Shown piece by piece: positions 1-9,377 of a stretch of DNA of 64,000 nt (positions are counted from its first letter, which is position 1; each line of letters opens with the position of its first letter). The position numbers and the translations under genes are program-made. The notes under the pieces are model-generated. The model was not told the origin of the DNA. It saw only the letters and a program-made list of their open reading frames with translations, and ran no database searches. This stretch comes from an uncultured Thermoleophilia bacterium. Lineage in GTDB: Bacteria > Actinomycetota > Thermoleophilia > UBA2241. The DNA lies in NCBI GenBank assembly GCA_963707335.1, contig CAVPQD010000026.1:9738-73737 (forward strand). The letters run 5' to 3'.

Positions 1-549
1 AAGGTCGAGCGCTTCTGCGAGACGGACATGGCCGAGTTCACCAACATGTACCTGCAGCGCCTCGGGCACAAGCACATCAACTTCGTCTGGGCCGGCGGCT
101 ACATCGGCAGCTGGATGCAGTTCGGCACGCCCGACTGGGTCAAGGGCTACGTGCCCACGGCGGCCGCAGGCCTCGAGCGGGACGCGAAGGACGGCCTCCT
201 CGTGCAGTGCGGCGGCGACGCCATGATGGGGAGCGGCAGCGGCCTGCCGGGCGGCGGCGAGATGGGACTCGAACAGTTCGTCTCCTACGACGCCGCCGAC
301 CTCGAGTCCACCAGGGCCGCCGCCCGCCACATGGAGGACGCCGTCAAGGACGCCGCCGCGATCGGCTATCCGCCGGGCAAGGAGTTCATGTACCTCCAGA
401 TGGGCTGGAGCGACGAACGGATCTGGGAGGCTCTCTCCCGTGCCAGCCAGCCGCAGGTCTTCCGCTTCCAGCGCCGGATCAAGGAGGCTTTCGATCCCAA
501 CGACGTCGGCGACCGCATGTACCCGACGCTGCCGGATGAGGTCGGGTAG
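1..549 (+). CDS. FAD-linked oxidase, C-terminal part (5' end lies outside the window)
   Basis: Frame 1 is open from base 1 (KVERFCETD precedes the first Met of ORF 28..549). Third-position GC is high. The tail RRIKEAFDPNDVGDRMYP resembles the conserved C-terminus of GlcD/D-lactate-dehydrogenase-type FAD oxidases (motif recall only). Confidence 0.55.
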   Translation, partial: KVERFCETDMAEFTNMYLQRLGHKHINFVWAGGYIGSWMQFGTPDWVKGYVPTAAAGLERDAKDGLLVQCGGDAMMGSGSGLPGGGEMGLEQFVSYDAADLESTRAAARHMEDAVKDAAAIGYPPGKEFMYLQMGWSDERIWEALSRASQPQVFRFQRRIKEAFDPNDVGDRMYPTLPDEVG

Positions 550-625
550 GCTGTACGCCGGGCGCGCTGAAGGGGCCGGCATCGACCGAGCTGCGCGCGG
601 GTAAGTCGCAGGCGACGCGGGAGTC

Positions 626-650
626 GCGGCCCGGCTGAGAGCCGGGCCGC
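626..650 (+). terminator. GC-rich stem-loop downstream of the oxidase gene
   Basis: Perfect 10-bp stem gcggcccggc / gccgggccgc with loop tgaga. No U-tract follows. Confidence 0.35.
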
Positions 651-681
651 GAGAAGCAGCAGGAGCAGGAGGACTCGAAGG

Positions 682-1149
682 ATGGCAACGACAGGCGACC
701 CGGGACAGATCGTCGAGGCGCTTGCCGCGCACGAGGAGACGCTCAGCGCGGTGTACGGCGCGTACGCCGCCGCGTACCCGGACGTGAAGGCGCTGTGGCG
801 CACCATGGCGGCTGAGGAGTTCATGCACGGCAAGCTGCTGCGGTCCATGCTGGACCGGCCGCAGGACCTACAGGCCTACGTCGAGGCGCGTCAGTTCGAC
901 CTGGCCGAGATCCAGGCCGAGACGAAGAAGCTGCAGAGCTTCGCGAGGCTGGCGGCCAGCGCCGGGTTGACCATGCAGGACGCCTTTCGCTCAGCCATCA
1001 AGTTCGAGAGCTCGCTCATCGAGTCCGAGGCGCTCACGGCCTGCGACGACGACACGCCGGAGATGGCGGCCGTGCTCGACACCCTCAAGGAGCAGACCGA
1101 GCGCCACCAGCACCGCCTCTCGGAGTCGCTCGACAAGTACCAGCGCTAG
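682..1149 (+). CDS. Ferritin-like / rubrerythrin-like four-helix protein (hypothetical)
   Basis: AGGAGGA lies about 10 nt upstream of the ATG. High GC3. Helical sequence with an ExxH-type motif (AAEEFMHG) and a second acidic/His segment (KFESSLIESE...TERHQH). Confidence 0.6.
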   Translation: MATTGDPGQIVEALAAHEETLSAVYGAYAAAYPDVKALWRTMAAEEFMHGKLLRSMLDRPQDLQAYVEARQFDLAEIQAETKKLQSFARLAASAGLTMQDAFRSAIKFESSLIESEALTACDDDTPEMAAVLDTLKEQTERHQHRLSESLDKYQR

Positions 1150-1154
1150 GCTGG

Positions 1155-1188
1155 GGAGAGGCGGCGCGCGTGGGCGCCCCGCCTCTCC
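1155..1188 (+). terminator. Stem-loop after the ferritin-like gene
   Basis: ggagaggcgg (1155-1164) pairs with ccgcctctcc (1179-1188). It starts 6 nt after the stop codon. Confidence 0.5.
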
Positions 1189-1285
1189 ACGACGGCCGCC
1201 GATGACGCCGCATCGCACTGGTCACCCCGGCTGATGGGTACGGTATGTCTCGTTGACCCGCGTCTCCACACAGGGAGTGCGACCG

Positions 1286-2131
1286 ATGGCCAGCGAGCAT
1301 GCGGCGGCGCAGCCGCCGCTCGACGAGCACCGGCTGCTGAAGCTGTCGCTGCAGGGGCAGGCCGTCGCGCGGCCCGTGCCCATCGAGCCGTGGCGGGCGG
1401 CCACGTACGCGAGGTGGCTGCGCATCCTCAACGAGACGGGCGATCCCTACGCGGTGGGCGGCGCCTTCGCGGTGTACGCCTACACCGGCGCCTGGCGCGA
1501 CAGCAAGGACCTGGACGTGTTCCTGCCGCCGCACGGCCTGAAGCCGGCGCTCGACGCCTTGCGGGCCGCCGGCTTCCGGACCGAGGTCCGCGACCGCCTC
1601 TGGCTCGCGAAGGTCCACCGGCCACCGGCGTTCATGGACCTCCTCTTCGCGGTCCGCCACAGCACCTCGCTGCGCATCACAGCCGACTGGTTCAGCACGT
1701 GCCGTCCCGTGGAGCTGTTGGGGGTGCGCACGTGCATGCTGGGTCCCGAGGAGGTGATCGCGACCAAGGTGTACCTCGCCGCCCGCGACCGCTTCGACGG
1801 CGCGGACATCGCGCACCTGGTCCGCGCCGCCGGCGGACGGGTGGACTGGCAGCGCGTCATCGATCTGCTGCACGGCGACGAGGAGATCGTGCTCTGGCAC
1901 CTCGTCTTCTTCCAGATCGTCTATCCGGGTCTCGTCGACTATCTGCCCACAGACCTCATGGGGCGGGCCTTCGACCAGCTGAGAACGGCCTGGTCTGATC
2001 CCGCCGACCAGCGCGCCTTCCGCGGCATGCTGCTGGATCCCGAGGTCTTCGCCGTGGACGTGACGGAGTGGGGACACGATGACGGCCGCGAGCACGCGCC
2101 GCTCGTGGACGAGGACGGAGCGGCCCTGTGA
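1286..2131 (+). CDS. Pol-beta-superfamily nucleotidyltransferase family protein
   Basis: Motif YAVGGAFAVYAYTGAWRDSKDLDVF fits the G[GS]-x(n)-DxD pattern. ATG at 1286 with GGGAG about 9 nt upstream; the ORF track opens at TTG 1253. Confidence 0.65.
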   Translation: MASEHAAAQPPLDEHRLLKLSLQGQAVARPVPIEPWRAATYARWLRILNETGDPYAVGGAFAVYAYTGAWRDSKDLDVFLPPHGLKPALDALRAAGFRTEVRDRLWLAKVHRPPAFMDLLFAVRHSTSLRITADWFSTCRPVELLGVRTCMLGPEEVIATKVYLAARDRFDGADIAHLVRAAGGRVDWQRVIDLLHGDEEIVLWHLVFFQIVYPGLVDYLPTDLMGRAFDQLRTAWSDPADQRAFRGMLLDPEVFAVDVTEWGHDDGREHAPLVDEDGAAL

Positions 2132-2150
2132 GCACGGCCGCGACAAGGCC

Positions 2151-2855
2151 ATGAGGGTCGCGGCCGTCGGCGACCTGCACTGCCGGGCCGCGTCGCGCGG
2201 CAGGATCGTGCAGCTGCTGGACGGCGTGCAGGACAGGGCCGAGGTGCTGCTGCTGGCCGGCGACCTCACCAATCTCGGCTTGAGCGAGGAGATGGAGGCA
2301 CTGCTCACCGAGCTCGACCACTTCGCCATGCCCAAGGTCGCCGTGACGGGCAACCATGACCATGAGAGCGACCAGGGCGAGCTGCTGGTGCACATGATGG
2401 TGAGTGCCGGCATCCACGTGCTGGACGGCGACGTGTGGGAGACGGGCGGCGTCGAGTTCGTCGGCACCAAGGGCTTCTGCGGCGGCTTCGGGCACCATCG
2501 CCTGCAGCCGTTCGGCGAGCGGCTCCTCAAGACGTTCATCCACCACAGCATCAGCGAGGTGGTGCGCCTGGAGAGCGCCCTGGAACAGTGCAAAGGCGAC
2601 AGGCGGGTGGCCGTGCTGCACTACGCGCCGATCGCCGCGACGCTCAAGGGCGAGCACCCCGAGATCTATCCCTTCCTCGGGTTCTCCCTGCTGGCCGACG
2701 CCCTGGACCGCCACGGCGTGGACGTCATCGTGCACGGCCACGCGCACCACGGCGCGCTCAAGGGGAAGACGCCTGGGGGCATCCCCGTGCACAACGTGTC
2801 GCAGCACGTGCGCATCCGGCATCGCAAGCCGGCCTACCTGCTGTTCGACGTGTAG
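2151..2855 (+). CDS. Metallophosphoesterase (calcineurin-like)
   Basis: Ordered motifs are present: VGDLHC, LLLAGDLTN, VTGNHDHE, VLHYAP, VHGHAHHG. It starts 20 nt after the nucleotidyltransferase stop. Confidence 0.8.
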   Translation: MRVAAVGDLHCRAASRGRIVQLLDGVQDRAEVLLLAGDLTNLGLSEEMEALLTELDHFAMPKVAVTGNHDHESDQGELLVHMMVSAGIHVLDGDVWETGGVEFVGTKGFCGGFGHHRLQPFGERLLKTFIHHSISEVVRLESALEQCKGDRRVAVLHYAPIAATLKGEHPEIYPFLGFSLLADALDRHGVDVIVHGHAHHGALKGKTPGGIPVHNVSQHVRIRHRKPAYLLFDV

Positions 2856-2977
2856 GCCGCGAAGGAGGCCGGACGATGGACGACGCCGAGGGGCTTCGCA
2901 CCTTCCTTTACGGTCAGCGGCTCGGTGCTGTACGCGATCCACCGCCGCGGCTGGCTGTAGGCGCGCCGGGCCGGACG

Positions 2978-4108
2978 CTAGCTCGGCGCGGTCACGGACC
3001 CGAGGCGTTCGAGCAGCCTCTCCAGCTCGTTCCGCGTCGTCATCCTGCCGAGGCTGAAGCGCACCGCTCCGGCCGCCACCGCGGGAGGAACGCCCATGGC
3101 GGCGAGGACGGGCGAGGCGGTGACGCCTCCGGAGTGACAGGCCGAGCCCGTGCTCGCCGCCACGGTGGGCAGGGCGGCGAGCAGGTCCGAGCCTCGCCGC
3201 CCCAGGAAGCTCACGTTCAGCGTGTTGGGCAGGCGCCGTGCCGGGTGGCCGTTGACGACGACGGCCTCCCCGAAGCGCGCCTGCAGTCGCTCCCACAGCC
3301 AGTCGCGCGAGCGGCGCACGTCGTCCGTCCAGGAGAGATCGCCGGCCAGCTCCGCGGCGGCGCCGAGCGCGACGTCCAGGAGCGCGTTCTCGGTGCCGGC
3401 GCGGCGGCCGTCCTCATGCCCTCCGCCGTGCAGGAGCGGCTCGAGCCGCACACCTTCGCGGACGTACAGGGCGCCCACGCCCTTGGGCGCGTAGAGCTTC
3501 TGGCCGGCGACCGACAGCAGGTCGACGCCGAGGTCGTCCACCTTGGTCGGCAGCTTGCCGACGGACTGCGCCGCGTCGGTGTGGAAGAGCACGCCGGCCT
3601 CCCGCGTCACGCGCGCGATCTCCGCGATGGGCTGGATCGTGCCGACCTCGTTGTTGGCGTGCATCACGGACACCAGGACGGTCTCGGCACGCAGGGCCCG
3701 GCGGATGTCGTCGGGGTCGACGATGCCCTGCCCGTCGACCCCGACGACCGTCACCCGGGCTCCCAGGCGCCGGAGAAAGCGGCAGGGCTCGAGGACGGCC
3801 GGATGCTCTATCTGCGTGGTGATGAAGTGAGGAGCCGGCTTCGCGGCGGCGTAGAAGGCGCCGAGGAGCGCCGCGTTGTCGGACTCCGTGCCGCCGCTCG
3901 TGAAGACGACTTCGTGCGGCGTGCAGCCGAGCAACGCGGCGATCTGGGCCCGCGCGCGTTCGACTGCGTCGCGCGCGGGCTCCCCCGCCCAGTGACTGCT
4001 CGACGGGTTGCCGTAGGCCTCCGTGAGATAGGGCAGCATGGCGGCCGCCACCTGCGGGTGGACGGGCGTGCTCGCGTTGTAGTCGAGATAGATCGGTGTG
4101 TCCGCCAT
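2978..4108 (-). CDS. Cysteine desulfurase (class V aminotransferase, NifS/IscS-like)
   Basis: IYLDYNASTP, TSGGTESDN, HANNEVG, PLP-lysine segment AGQKLYAPKGVGALYV (Gln where His is usual) and catalytic-loop STGSACHSG. Confidence 0.9.
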   Translation of the reverse strand: MADTPIYLDYNASTPVHPQVAAAMLPYLTEAYGNPSSSHWAGEPARDAVERARAQIAALLGCTPHEVVFTSGGTESDNAALLGAFYAAAKPAPHFITTQIEHPAVLEPCRFLRRLGARVTVVGVDGQGIVDPDDIRRALRAETVLVSVMHANNEVGTIQPIAEIARVTREAGVLFHTDAAQSVGKLPTKVDDLGVDLLSVAGQKLYAPKGVGALYVREGVRLEPLLHGGGHEDGRRAGTENALLDVALGAAAELAGDLSWTDDVRRSRDWLWERLQARFGEAVVVNGHPARRLPNTLNVSFLGRRGSDLLAALPTVAASTGSACHSGGVTASPVLAAMGVPPAVAAGAVRFSLGRMTTRNELERLLERLGSVTAPS

Positions 4109-4118
4109 CCCGACAGCT

Positions 4119-5585
4119 TCAGTCGTCGACCACGCCCCAGCTGAAGGCGGACGACGTGGCGCCCCACGCGCCCCAGTCGATGGTGTTGGCCGTCATCGAC
4201 GCGGTGAGCGGTTCGCCCAGCGCGGTGTGGTGGAGGGGACGCGGCGTCAGCGACAGGCGAGAGCTGCGGCGGTCCTTCGTCGTCCGCCACTGGTCTTCGG
4301 GGACCTCGTCGCACTTGCGCAGCAGCAGGTCCCACTCCTCGTCGATCCAGTGTTGCAGTTCGGCCACGATGTGCTCCGCCTCGGGCCGCGCGAGATGCGC
4401 GAAACGTCCCTGCCTCTCCAGCCAGGCCGCGATGGGCTGCTTCGTGCGCGGCCGGTAGTCCAGGCGATACCGGCCATCCTCCACCTCAAAGAGCGGCCAG
4501 TAGCAGGTCTCGGTGGCGAGCCGGGCGAGGGACATGGCCTCGTCGTTCTCGGTGCGCCAGCCGCGCGGGCAGGGCGAGAGCACGTTGAGGAAGGTGGGGC
4601 CGTCCACGCTCAACGCCTTCGCTGCCTTGCGCATGAGGTCGCGCGGGTCGTGCGGCGAGGCTTGCGCCACATAGGGGATGCGGTGGGCGACCATGATCTC
4701 CGTCAGGTTCTTGCTCATCTGCCGTTTGCCGTCGGAGGCCGCGCCGACAGGGCTCGTCGAGGTCCAGGCCTTGGCCGGCGTCGCGCTCGAGCGCTGGAAG
4801 CCGGTGTTCATGTAGCCGCCGTTGTCGTAGCAGACGTAGAGCATCGAGTGGCCGCGCTCCATGGCCCCGCTCAAGGCCTGCAGGCCGATGTCGTAGGTGC
4901 CGCCGTCGCCGCCGAAGGCGATGAACTTGACGTGGTCGTGCAGCCGGCCGCGCTTGCGCAGCGCGCGGAAGGCCGTCTCCACGCCGGAGAGCGTGGCGGC
5001 GGCGTTCTCGAAGTTGGTGTGGATGTAGCTGCCCTTCCAGGAGGTGGTGGGGTAGCGCGTGGTGGAGACCTCGAGACAGCCCGTGGCGCCGGCCACGACG
5101 TGGTGGCCATGGACGGCAGACAGCACCTGACGCACGACCACGGGAGCGGCGCAGCCGCTGCATGTGCCGTGGCCGTTGGCCAGGTTCGACTCCGTCTGAG
5201 CCGCGGCGTGCCAGCGGCTTCGGTGCTCCTCGAAGCGCGAGGTGGGCACCAGGGCGTTCAGGGCGCAAGCCTCGACGCAACGACCGCACGCGATGCAGCG
5301 GGGTTCATCGACGACGATCGAACCCAGGTACTGGCTGCGCCGGCCCTCGCCCTTGCTCTTGGCGTCGCGGCGCACACTGATGCACGACACCGGGCACTTC
5401 TTGGCGCACACGCCGCAGAAGATGCAGGCGTGCGAGCCGTCTTGCGTGGAGGCCAGGTCGAAGAGACCGGCGCCGGGCTGCTTGCCCACGAGCTCGCGGC
5501 TCTCCAGCCCAGGAGGGGACAGGAGCCTGTCGGCGCGGGCGGCGTCGAGCAGCGCGGAATGACGGGCGTCATGTGCGTCGGGCAT
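4119..5585 (-). CDS. 2-oxoacid:ferredoxin oxidoreductase beta-type TPP subunit fused to an N-terminal 2x[4Fe-4S] ferredoxin (delta-like) domain
   Basis: CIFCGVCAKKCP and CIACGRCVEACA, then the TPP motif GGDGGTYDIGLQALSGAMERGHSMLYVCYDNGGYMNTG. AAGGAA lies about 9 nt before the ATG at 5585. The 5669 start would translate the AT-rich promoter. Confidence 0.85.
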   Translation of the reverse strand: MPDAHDARHSALLDAARADRLLSPPGLESRELVGKQPGAGLFDLASTQDGSHACIFCGVCAKKCPVSCISVRRDAKSKGEGRRSQYLGSIVVDEPRCIACGRCVEACALNALVPTSRFEEHRSRWHAAAQTESNLANGHGTCSGCAAPVVVRQVLSAVHGHHVVAGATGCLEVSTTRYPTTSWKGSYIHTNFENAAATLSGVETAFRALRKRGRLHDHVKFIAFGGDGGTYDIGLQALSGAMERGHSMLYVCYDNGGYMNTGFQRSSATPAKAWTSTSPVGAASDGKRQMSKNLTEIMVAHRIPYVAQASPHDPRDLMRKAAKALSVDGPTFLNVLSPCPRGWRTENDEAMSLARLATETCYWPLFEVEDGRYRLDYRPRTKQPIAAWLERQGRFAHLARPEAEHIVAELQHWIDEEWDLLLRKCDEVPEDQWRTTKDRRSSRLSLTPRPLHHTALGEPLTASMTANTIDWGAWGATSSAFSWGVVDD

Positions 5586-5589
5586 GGCT

Positions 5590-5665
5590 CTCGTTCCTTT
5601 CCACCAACACAATAGGGGAAAGTCGGAATAATAGAGGGCCGGGAGACCTACGAGAAGCATAGTCG
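5590..5665. promoter_or_regulatory. AT-rich divergent promoter region
   Basis: Local AT island (ccaccaacacaataggggaaagtcggaataatagaggg) in a genome of over 70% GC. It sits between divergent genes and contains TATTAT on the minus strand. Confidence 0.4.
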
Positions 5666-5740
5666 GCATTGGACGGCCGCGCTGGCCGCATCTGCGCTAG
5701 CATGCGCAGTGGCAACTCATGCGCCGTCAGAGGAGAGCAC

Positions 5741-6556
5741 GTGAACCAGCAGGGTGACCCGATGATCGGCGGCCGCGACGGCGCGGCCGCCGACCACGTG
5801 GCGCGCAACCAGGCGGCGTGGGACGAATGGGCCGCGGAATTCGTCGGACCGGGCGAGCGGTCCTGGGCCAGCGCGGAGCCCTATTGGGGCATCTGGCGGC
5901 TCGCAGAGGCAGAGTTGCACGTGCTCCCAGACGATCTGGACGGCAAGGACGCGATCGAGTTGGGCTGCGGCACCGGCTACGTGTCGGCCTGGCTGGCGCG
6001 GCGCGGGGCCAGGCCCGTCGGCGTCGATATCTCCACAGGGCAGCTCACCACGGCGCGGCGGCTGCAGCGGGAACACGGCATCGTATTCCCGCTGCACGAG
6101 GCCAGCGCCGAGCAGCTGCCCTTCCCGGACGAGAGCTTCGATCTGGCCATCAGCGAATACGGCGCATGCCTGTGGGCCGACCCGCATCTGTGGGTGCCGG
6201 AGGCGGCCCGCGTGCTTCGCCCGGGTGGCCGCCTCATCTTCCTCACGAACGGCATCATCCTCATGCTCTGCGCCGGCGACGATCCGGACGGACTGCCCAC
6301 CGAGCGGCTCGTGCGCAGTTCCTTTGGCATGCATCGCATGGAGTGGGCCGGGGATCCCTCCGTCGAATTCCACCTGGCGCACGGCGACTGGGTACGGCTG
6401 CTGCGGGGCAACGGCTTCGACATCGAGGACCTGATCGAAGTCCAGGCTCCCGCCGGGGCGACGACGGAGTTCGAGGGCGTCGCTTCTCCGGAGTGGGCGC
6501 GGCGCTGGCCGAGCGAGGAGATCTGGAAGGCACGCAAGCGGGAGGCGGGGGCATGA
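5741..6556 (+). CDS. Class I SAM-dependent methyltransferase
   Basis: Motif I is AIELGCGTGY and post-I is GVDIS. GTG 5741 is preceded by AGAGGAG; ATG 5762 is the alternative start. The stop overlaps the next start (ATGA at 6553-6556). Confidence 0.8.
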   Translation: MNQQGDPMIGGRDGAAADHVARNQAAWDEWAAEFVGPGERSWASAEPYWGIWRLAEAELHVLPDDLDGKDAIELGCGTGYVSAWLARRGARPVGVDISTGQLTTARRLQREHGIVFPLHEASAEQLPFPDESFDLAISEYGACLWADPHLWVPEAARVLRPGGRLIFLTNGIILMLCAGDDPDGLPTERLVRSSFGMHRMEWAGDPSVEFHLAHGDWVRLLRGNGFDIEDLIEVQAPAGATTEFEGVASPEWARRWPSEEIWKARKREAGA

Positions 6557-7914
6557 CGCGCATCGTGGACCGAGGGCGCCTGCGCGCGTCGCGGGCGCGG
6601 GAGGCCGACCTCTTCAGCGAGCGCCACCCGCGCTCCCTCGAGCTCTTCCGTCGGGCTGGGGCGCACATGCTGGACGGCGTGCCCATGAACTGGATGACAC
6701 GCTGGGCCAGTCCCTTCCCGCCGTTCGTCGCCGAGGCCCACGACGCCCGGTTCACGTGCGTGGACGGGCACGAGTACATCGACTTCTGCCTCGGCGACAC
6801 CGGCGCGATGACCGGCCACGCGCCGCAGGCCGCGGTGGCCGCGATCCGCGCTCAGCTCGACCGTGGCATCACGACGATGCTGCCCACCGAGGATTCGCTG
6901 TGGGTCGCCGCCGAGCTCTCGCACCGTTTCGGGCTGCGCTACTGGCAACTCGCGCTGACCGCCACCGACGCGAACCGCTTCGCCGTACGCCTCGCCCGTC
7001 ACATCACGCACCGGCCGAGGATCCTCGTCTACAACTACTGCTACCACGGCTCTGTGGACGAGACGATCATCACCATCAACGACGGCGTGCCGGGTCCCAA
7101 GCCGGGCAACGCCGGGCCTCCCGTCGACCCGACGGTGACGACGAAGGTCATCGAGTGGAACGACGTGCCGGCGCTCGAGGCCGCGCTGGCGCCGGGCGAC
7201 GTGGCCTGCGTCCTGGCCGAGCCGGCCATGACGAACATCGGGATCATCCTGCCGGAGCCCGGCTACCACGATGTCCTGCGCCGGCTCACGCGCGAGACCG
7301 GGACGCTGCTCGTCATCGACGAGACGCACACGATCAGCGCCGGCCCCGGCGGCTGCACACTGGCTTGGGGCCTCGAGCCGGACATGGTGACGCTCGGCAA
7401 GCCCGTCGGCAGCGGCATCCCGAGCGCGGCCTACGGCTTCGGGCGCGCGGTGGCCGACCTCATCCACGCCGACTGGGACTACCACGCCGCCGACGAGTGC
7501 GGCGTCGGCGGCACCCTGGCCGGCAACGCCTTGTCGGTGGCGGCGATGCGCGCCACGCTCGGCGAGGTGCTCACCGACGAGGCGTTCGCCCACACCATCC
7601 CGCTGGCGGAGCGGTGGGCGGACGGCGTCCAGGGCGTCATCGACGAGTGCGAGCTGCCGTGGGTCGTGAAGCGCCTGGGCTGCCGTGCCGAGTACTGGCC
7701 ACGGCCGGTGGCGCCGCGCGACGGCGGCGAGGCGGCCGCCGCGGAAGACGAGGAGCTGGACGGCTACCTGCACCTCTACATGCTGAACCGCGGCATCCTG
7801 ATGACCCCGTTCCACAACATGGCGCTGATGGCTCCGCAGACGACCGCCGCCGACGTGGACCGCCACACGGCCGTCTTCAGGGCCGCGGTCGAGTCGCTCC
7901 CGGTGAGGCGCTGA
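6553..7914 (+). CDS. Class III (GSA-aminomutase-like) PLP aminotransferase, paralogue 1
   Basis: YIDFCLGDTGAMTGH, ITTMLPTED, CYHGSVDET, VIDETHT and PLP-lysine VTLGKPVGSGIP. It lies inside the longer ORF 5818..7914; the start is set by the ATGA overlap. Confidence 0.9.
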   Translation: MTRIVDRGRLRASRAREADLFSERHPRSLELFRRAGAHMLDGVPMNWMTRWASPFPPFVAEAHDARFTCVDGHEYIDFCLGDTGAMTGHAPQAAVAAIRAQLDRGITTMLPTEDSLWVAAELSHRFGLRYWQLALTATDANRFAVRLARHITHRPRILVYNYCYHGSVDETIITINDGVPGPKPGNAGPPVDPTVTTKVIEWNDVPALEAALAPGDVACVLAEPAMTNIGIILPEPGYHDVLRRLTRETGTLLVIDETHTISAGPGGCTLAWGLEPDMVTLGKPVGSGIPSAAYGFGRAVADLIHADWDYHAADECGVGGTLAGNALSVAAMRATLGEVLTDEAFAHTIPLAERWADGVQGVIDECELPWVVKRLGCRAEYWPRPVAPRDGGEAAAAEDEELDGYLHLYMLNRGILMTPFHNMALMAPQTTAADVDRHTAVFRAAVESLPVRR

Positions 7915-9282
7915 TGGACGAGCGGTCGGGCGTCGATCCGGGACGCGTAGCGGAGCTGTGGGAGCGCGAGTCGGCGCGTTACGCGGCGGAGCACCCGCGC
8001 TGCCTGGCGCTGCGCGAGCAGGCCCGCGCCACGATGCCGCACGGCGTGCCGATGAGCTGGATGGTCAGTTACTTCGCCCATCCGCCGGTGTGGGTCGCGG
8101 AGGGCCACGGCGCCCACTTCACCTGTGCGGACGGGCGCCGCTTCCTGGACACCAACATCGGCGACAAGAGCACGTTCGGTGGCATCGACCCGGAGCCGGT
8201 GGTGCGCGCCGTGCAGCGGCGCGTGGCCGCCGGCGCCCAGTTCATGCTGCCCACGGAGGACGCCATCGCGGTCGCCGAGCAGCTTTCGCGGCGCTGGCGT
8301 CTGCCGGCCTGGCAGTTCACGCTGTCGGCGTCGCAGGCCAACATGGAGGCGCTGCGCCTGGCGCGCCACGCCACCGGACGCGACCGCGTGCTGAGCTTCG
8401 TGGGCAACTACGGCGGCCACGGCGACGAGCTGCTGGCCGCCTTCGCCGGCGAGAAGCGCCTGTCGTACCTCGGTCTGCCCGAGGACGCCGGTCGCGACCT
8501 CGGCCTCGTGCAATTCAACGACGTGGAGGCGCTCGCCGCGGCCCTGCGGAGCGGCGCCTACGCCTGCGTCTTCACGGAGCCGGCGCTCACCAACGAGGGC
8601 GTGGTGATGCCTGAGCCGGGCTTCCACGACGGATTGCGCCGGCTCACGCGCGAGACCGGGACGCTCCTGGTCCTGGACGAGACCCATACGCTCATCTGCG
8701 GACCCGGCGGCCTGACCCGTGAGTGGGACCTGGAGCCCGACGTCGTGACCGTCGGTAAGGCCATCGGCGGCGGCCTGCCGCTCGGCGCCTACGGCATGAG
8801 CGCTGAGACTCGCCGCCGCCTTCGCACGCGGCCGGAGTCTCGCCGGCGTTGCCGGAGAGCTGGCCACGGGTGGCACGTTGTTCGGCAACGCCTTGAGCAT
8901 GGCGGCGGCGCGGGCGGTGCTCACCGAGGTGCTCACACCCGAGGCCTACGCGCACGCGGCGGCGCTCGGCGCGCGCCTGGCCGGCGGCCTGGAGGCCGCC
9001 GTCGCGCGCGCCGGTCTGCCCTGGAAGGTGCAGCGGCTGTACGCCCGCTCCGGGCTCAGCCTGAGCGGACGCCTTGCCCGCAACGCTGCGGAGGCCGACG
9101 CCGACGAGCAGCCGGAGCTGAACGCGCTGCTCCGCCTGTACCTGGCGAACCGCGGTGTGTGGGAGGCCATCAGCACGGCCGGCCCGGCGATGTCCGTGGC
9201 GGCGGGTGAGACTGACGTGGACGACTACCTCGCCGCCTTCGACGCCTTCGTGCGGGACGTGACCGCGTCGCCGGGCGGTTAG
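7914..9282 (+). pseudogene. Class III aminotransferase, paralogue 2, frame broken near 8808
   Basis: The N-terminal 298 aa (VLDETHT, VTVGKAIGGGLP, GAYGMSAE) are in frame 3. The conserved continuation LAAAFARG...GGTLFGNALSMAAARAVL runs in frame 1 to 9282. Span is 3n+1. TGATG overlap with paralogue 1. Confidence 0.85.
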
Positions 9283-9377
9283 CCTCGCCGCAGCCGCCGG
9301 TCATCCTTGAACGACCGGGGTCGACCGTTCGAAGCGGCCTCGCTCGCGCTCGCACGGGCGACGGATGGAGGACTGCG

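Noticed and set aside
2866-2878. GAAGGAGG followed by the ATG at 2876 looked like a well-signalled small gene after the metallophosphoesterase.
   Set aside because: The frame has no nearby stop. It runs for over 1.2 kb antisense through the cysteine desulfurase with junk composition, so the SD-like match is probably chance.
1085-3296. Very long ORFs antisense to or overlapping the real genes. Examples are 1085..2593(-), 1956..3296(-), 2435..4144(+), 5977..7866(-), 42079..43419(+), 46595..49717(+) and 57744..59369(-).
   Set aside because: Their translations are Arg/Ala/Gly/Pro low-complexity sequence with no motifs. They lie opposite ORFs that carry clear catalytic motifs and high GC3. Such shadow ORFs are expected at this GC content.
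5586-5669. N-terminal extension of the PFOR-beta-like ORF to the ATG at 5669.
   Set aside because: The extension translates the AT-rich promoter island (MPTMLLVGLPALYYSDFPLLCWW...). An AAGGAA SD sits correctly before the internal ATG at 5585.
8800-8815. Programmed ribosomal frameshifting as an explanation for the +1 breaks (this site and the others listed).
   Set aside because: I saw no slippery heptamers, rare-codon or stop-codon stimulators, or common downstream structures. The sites are heterogeneous and fall in unrelated gene families.
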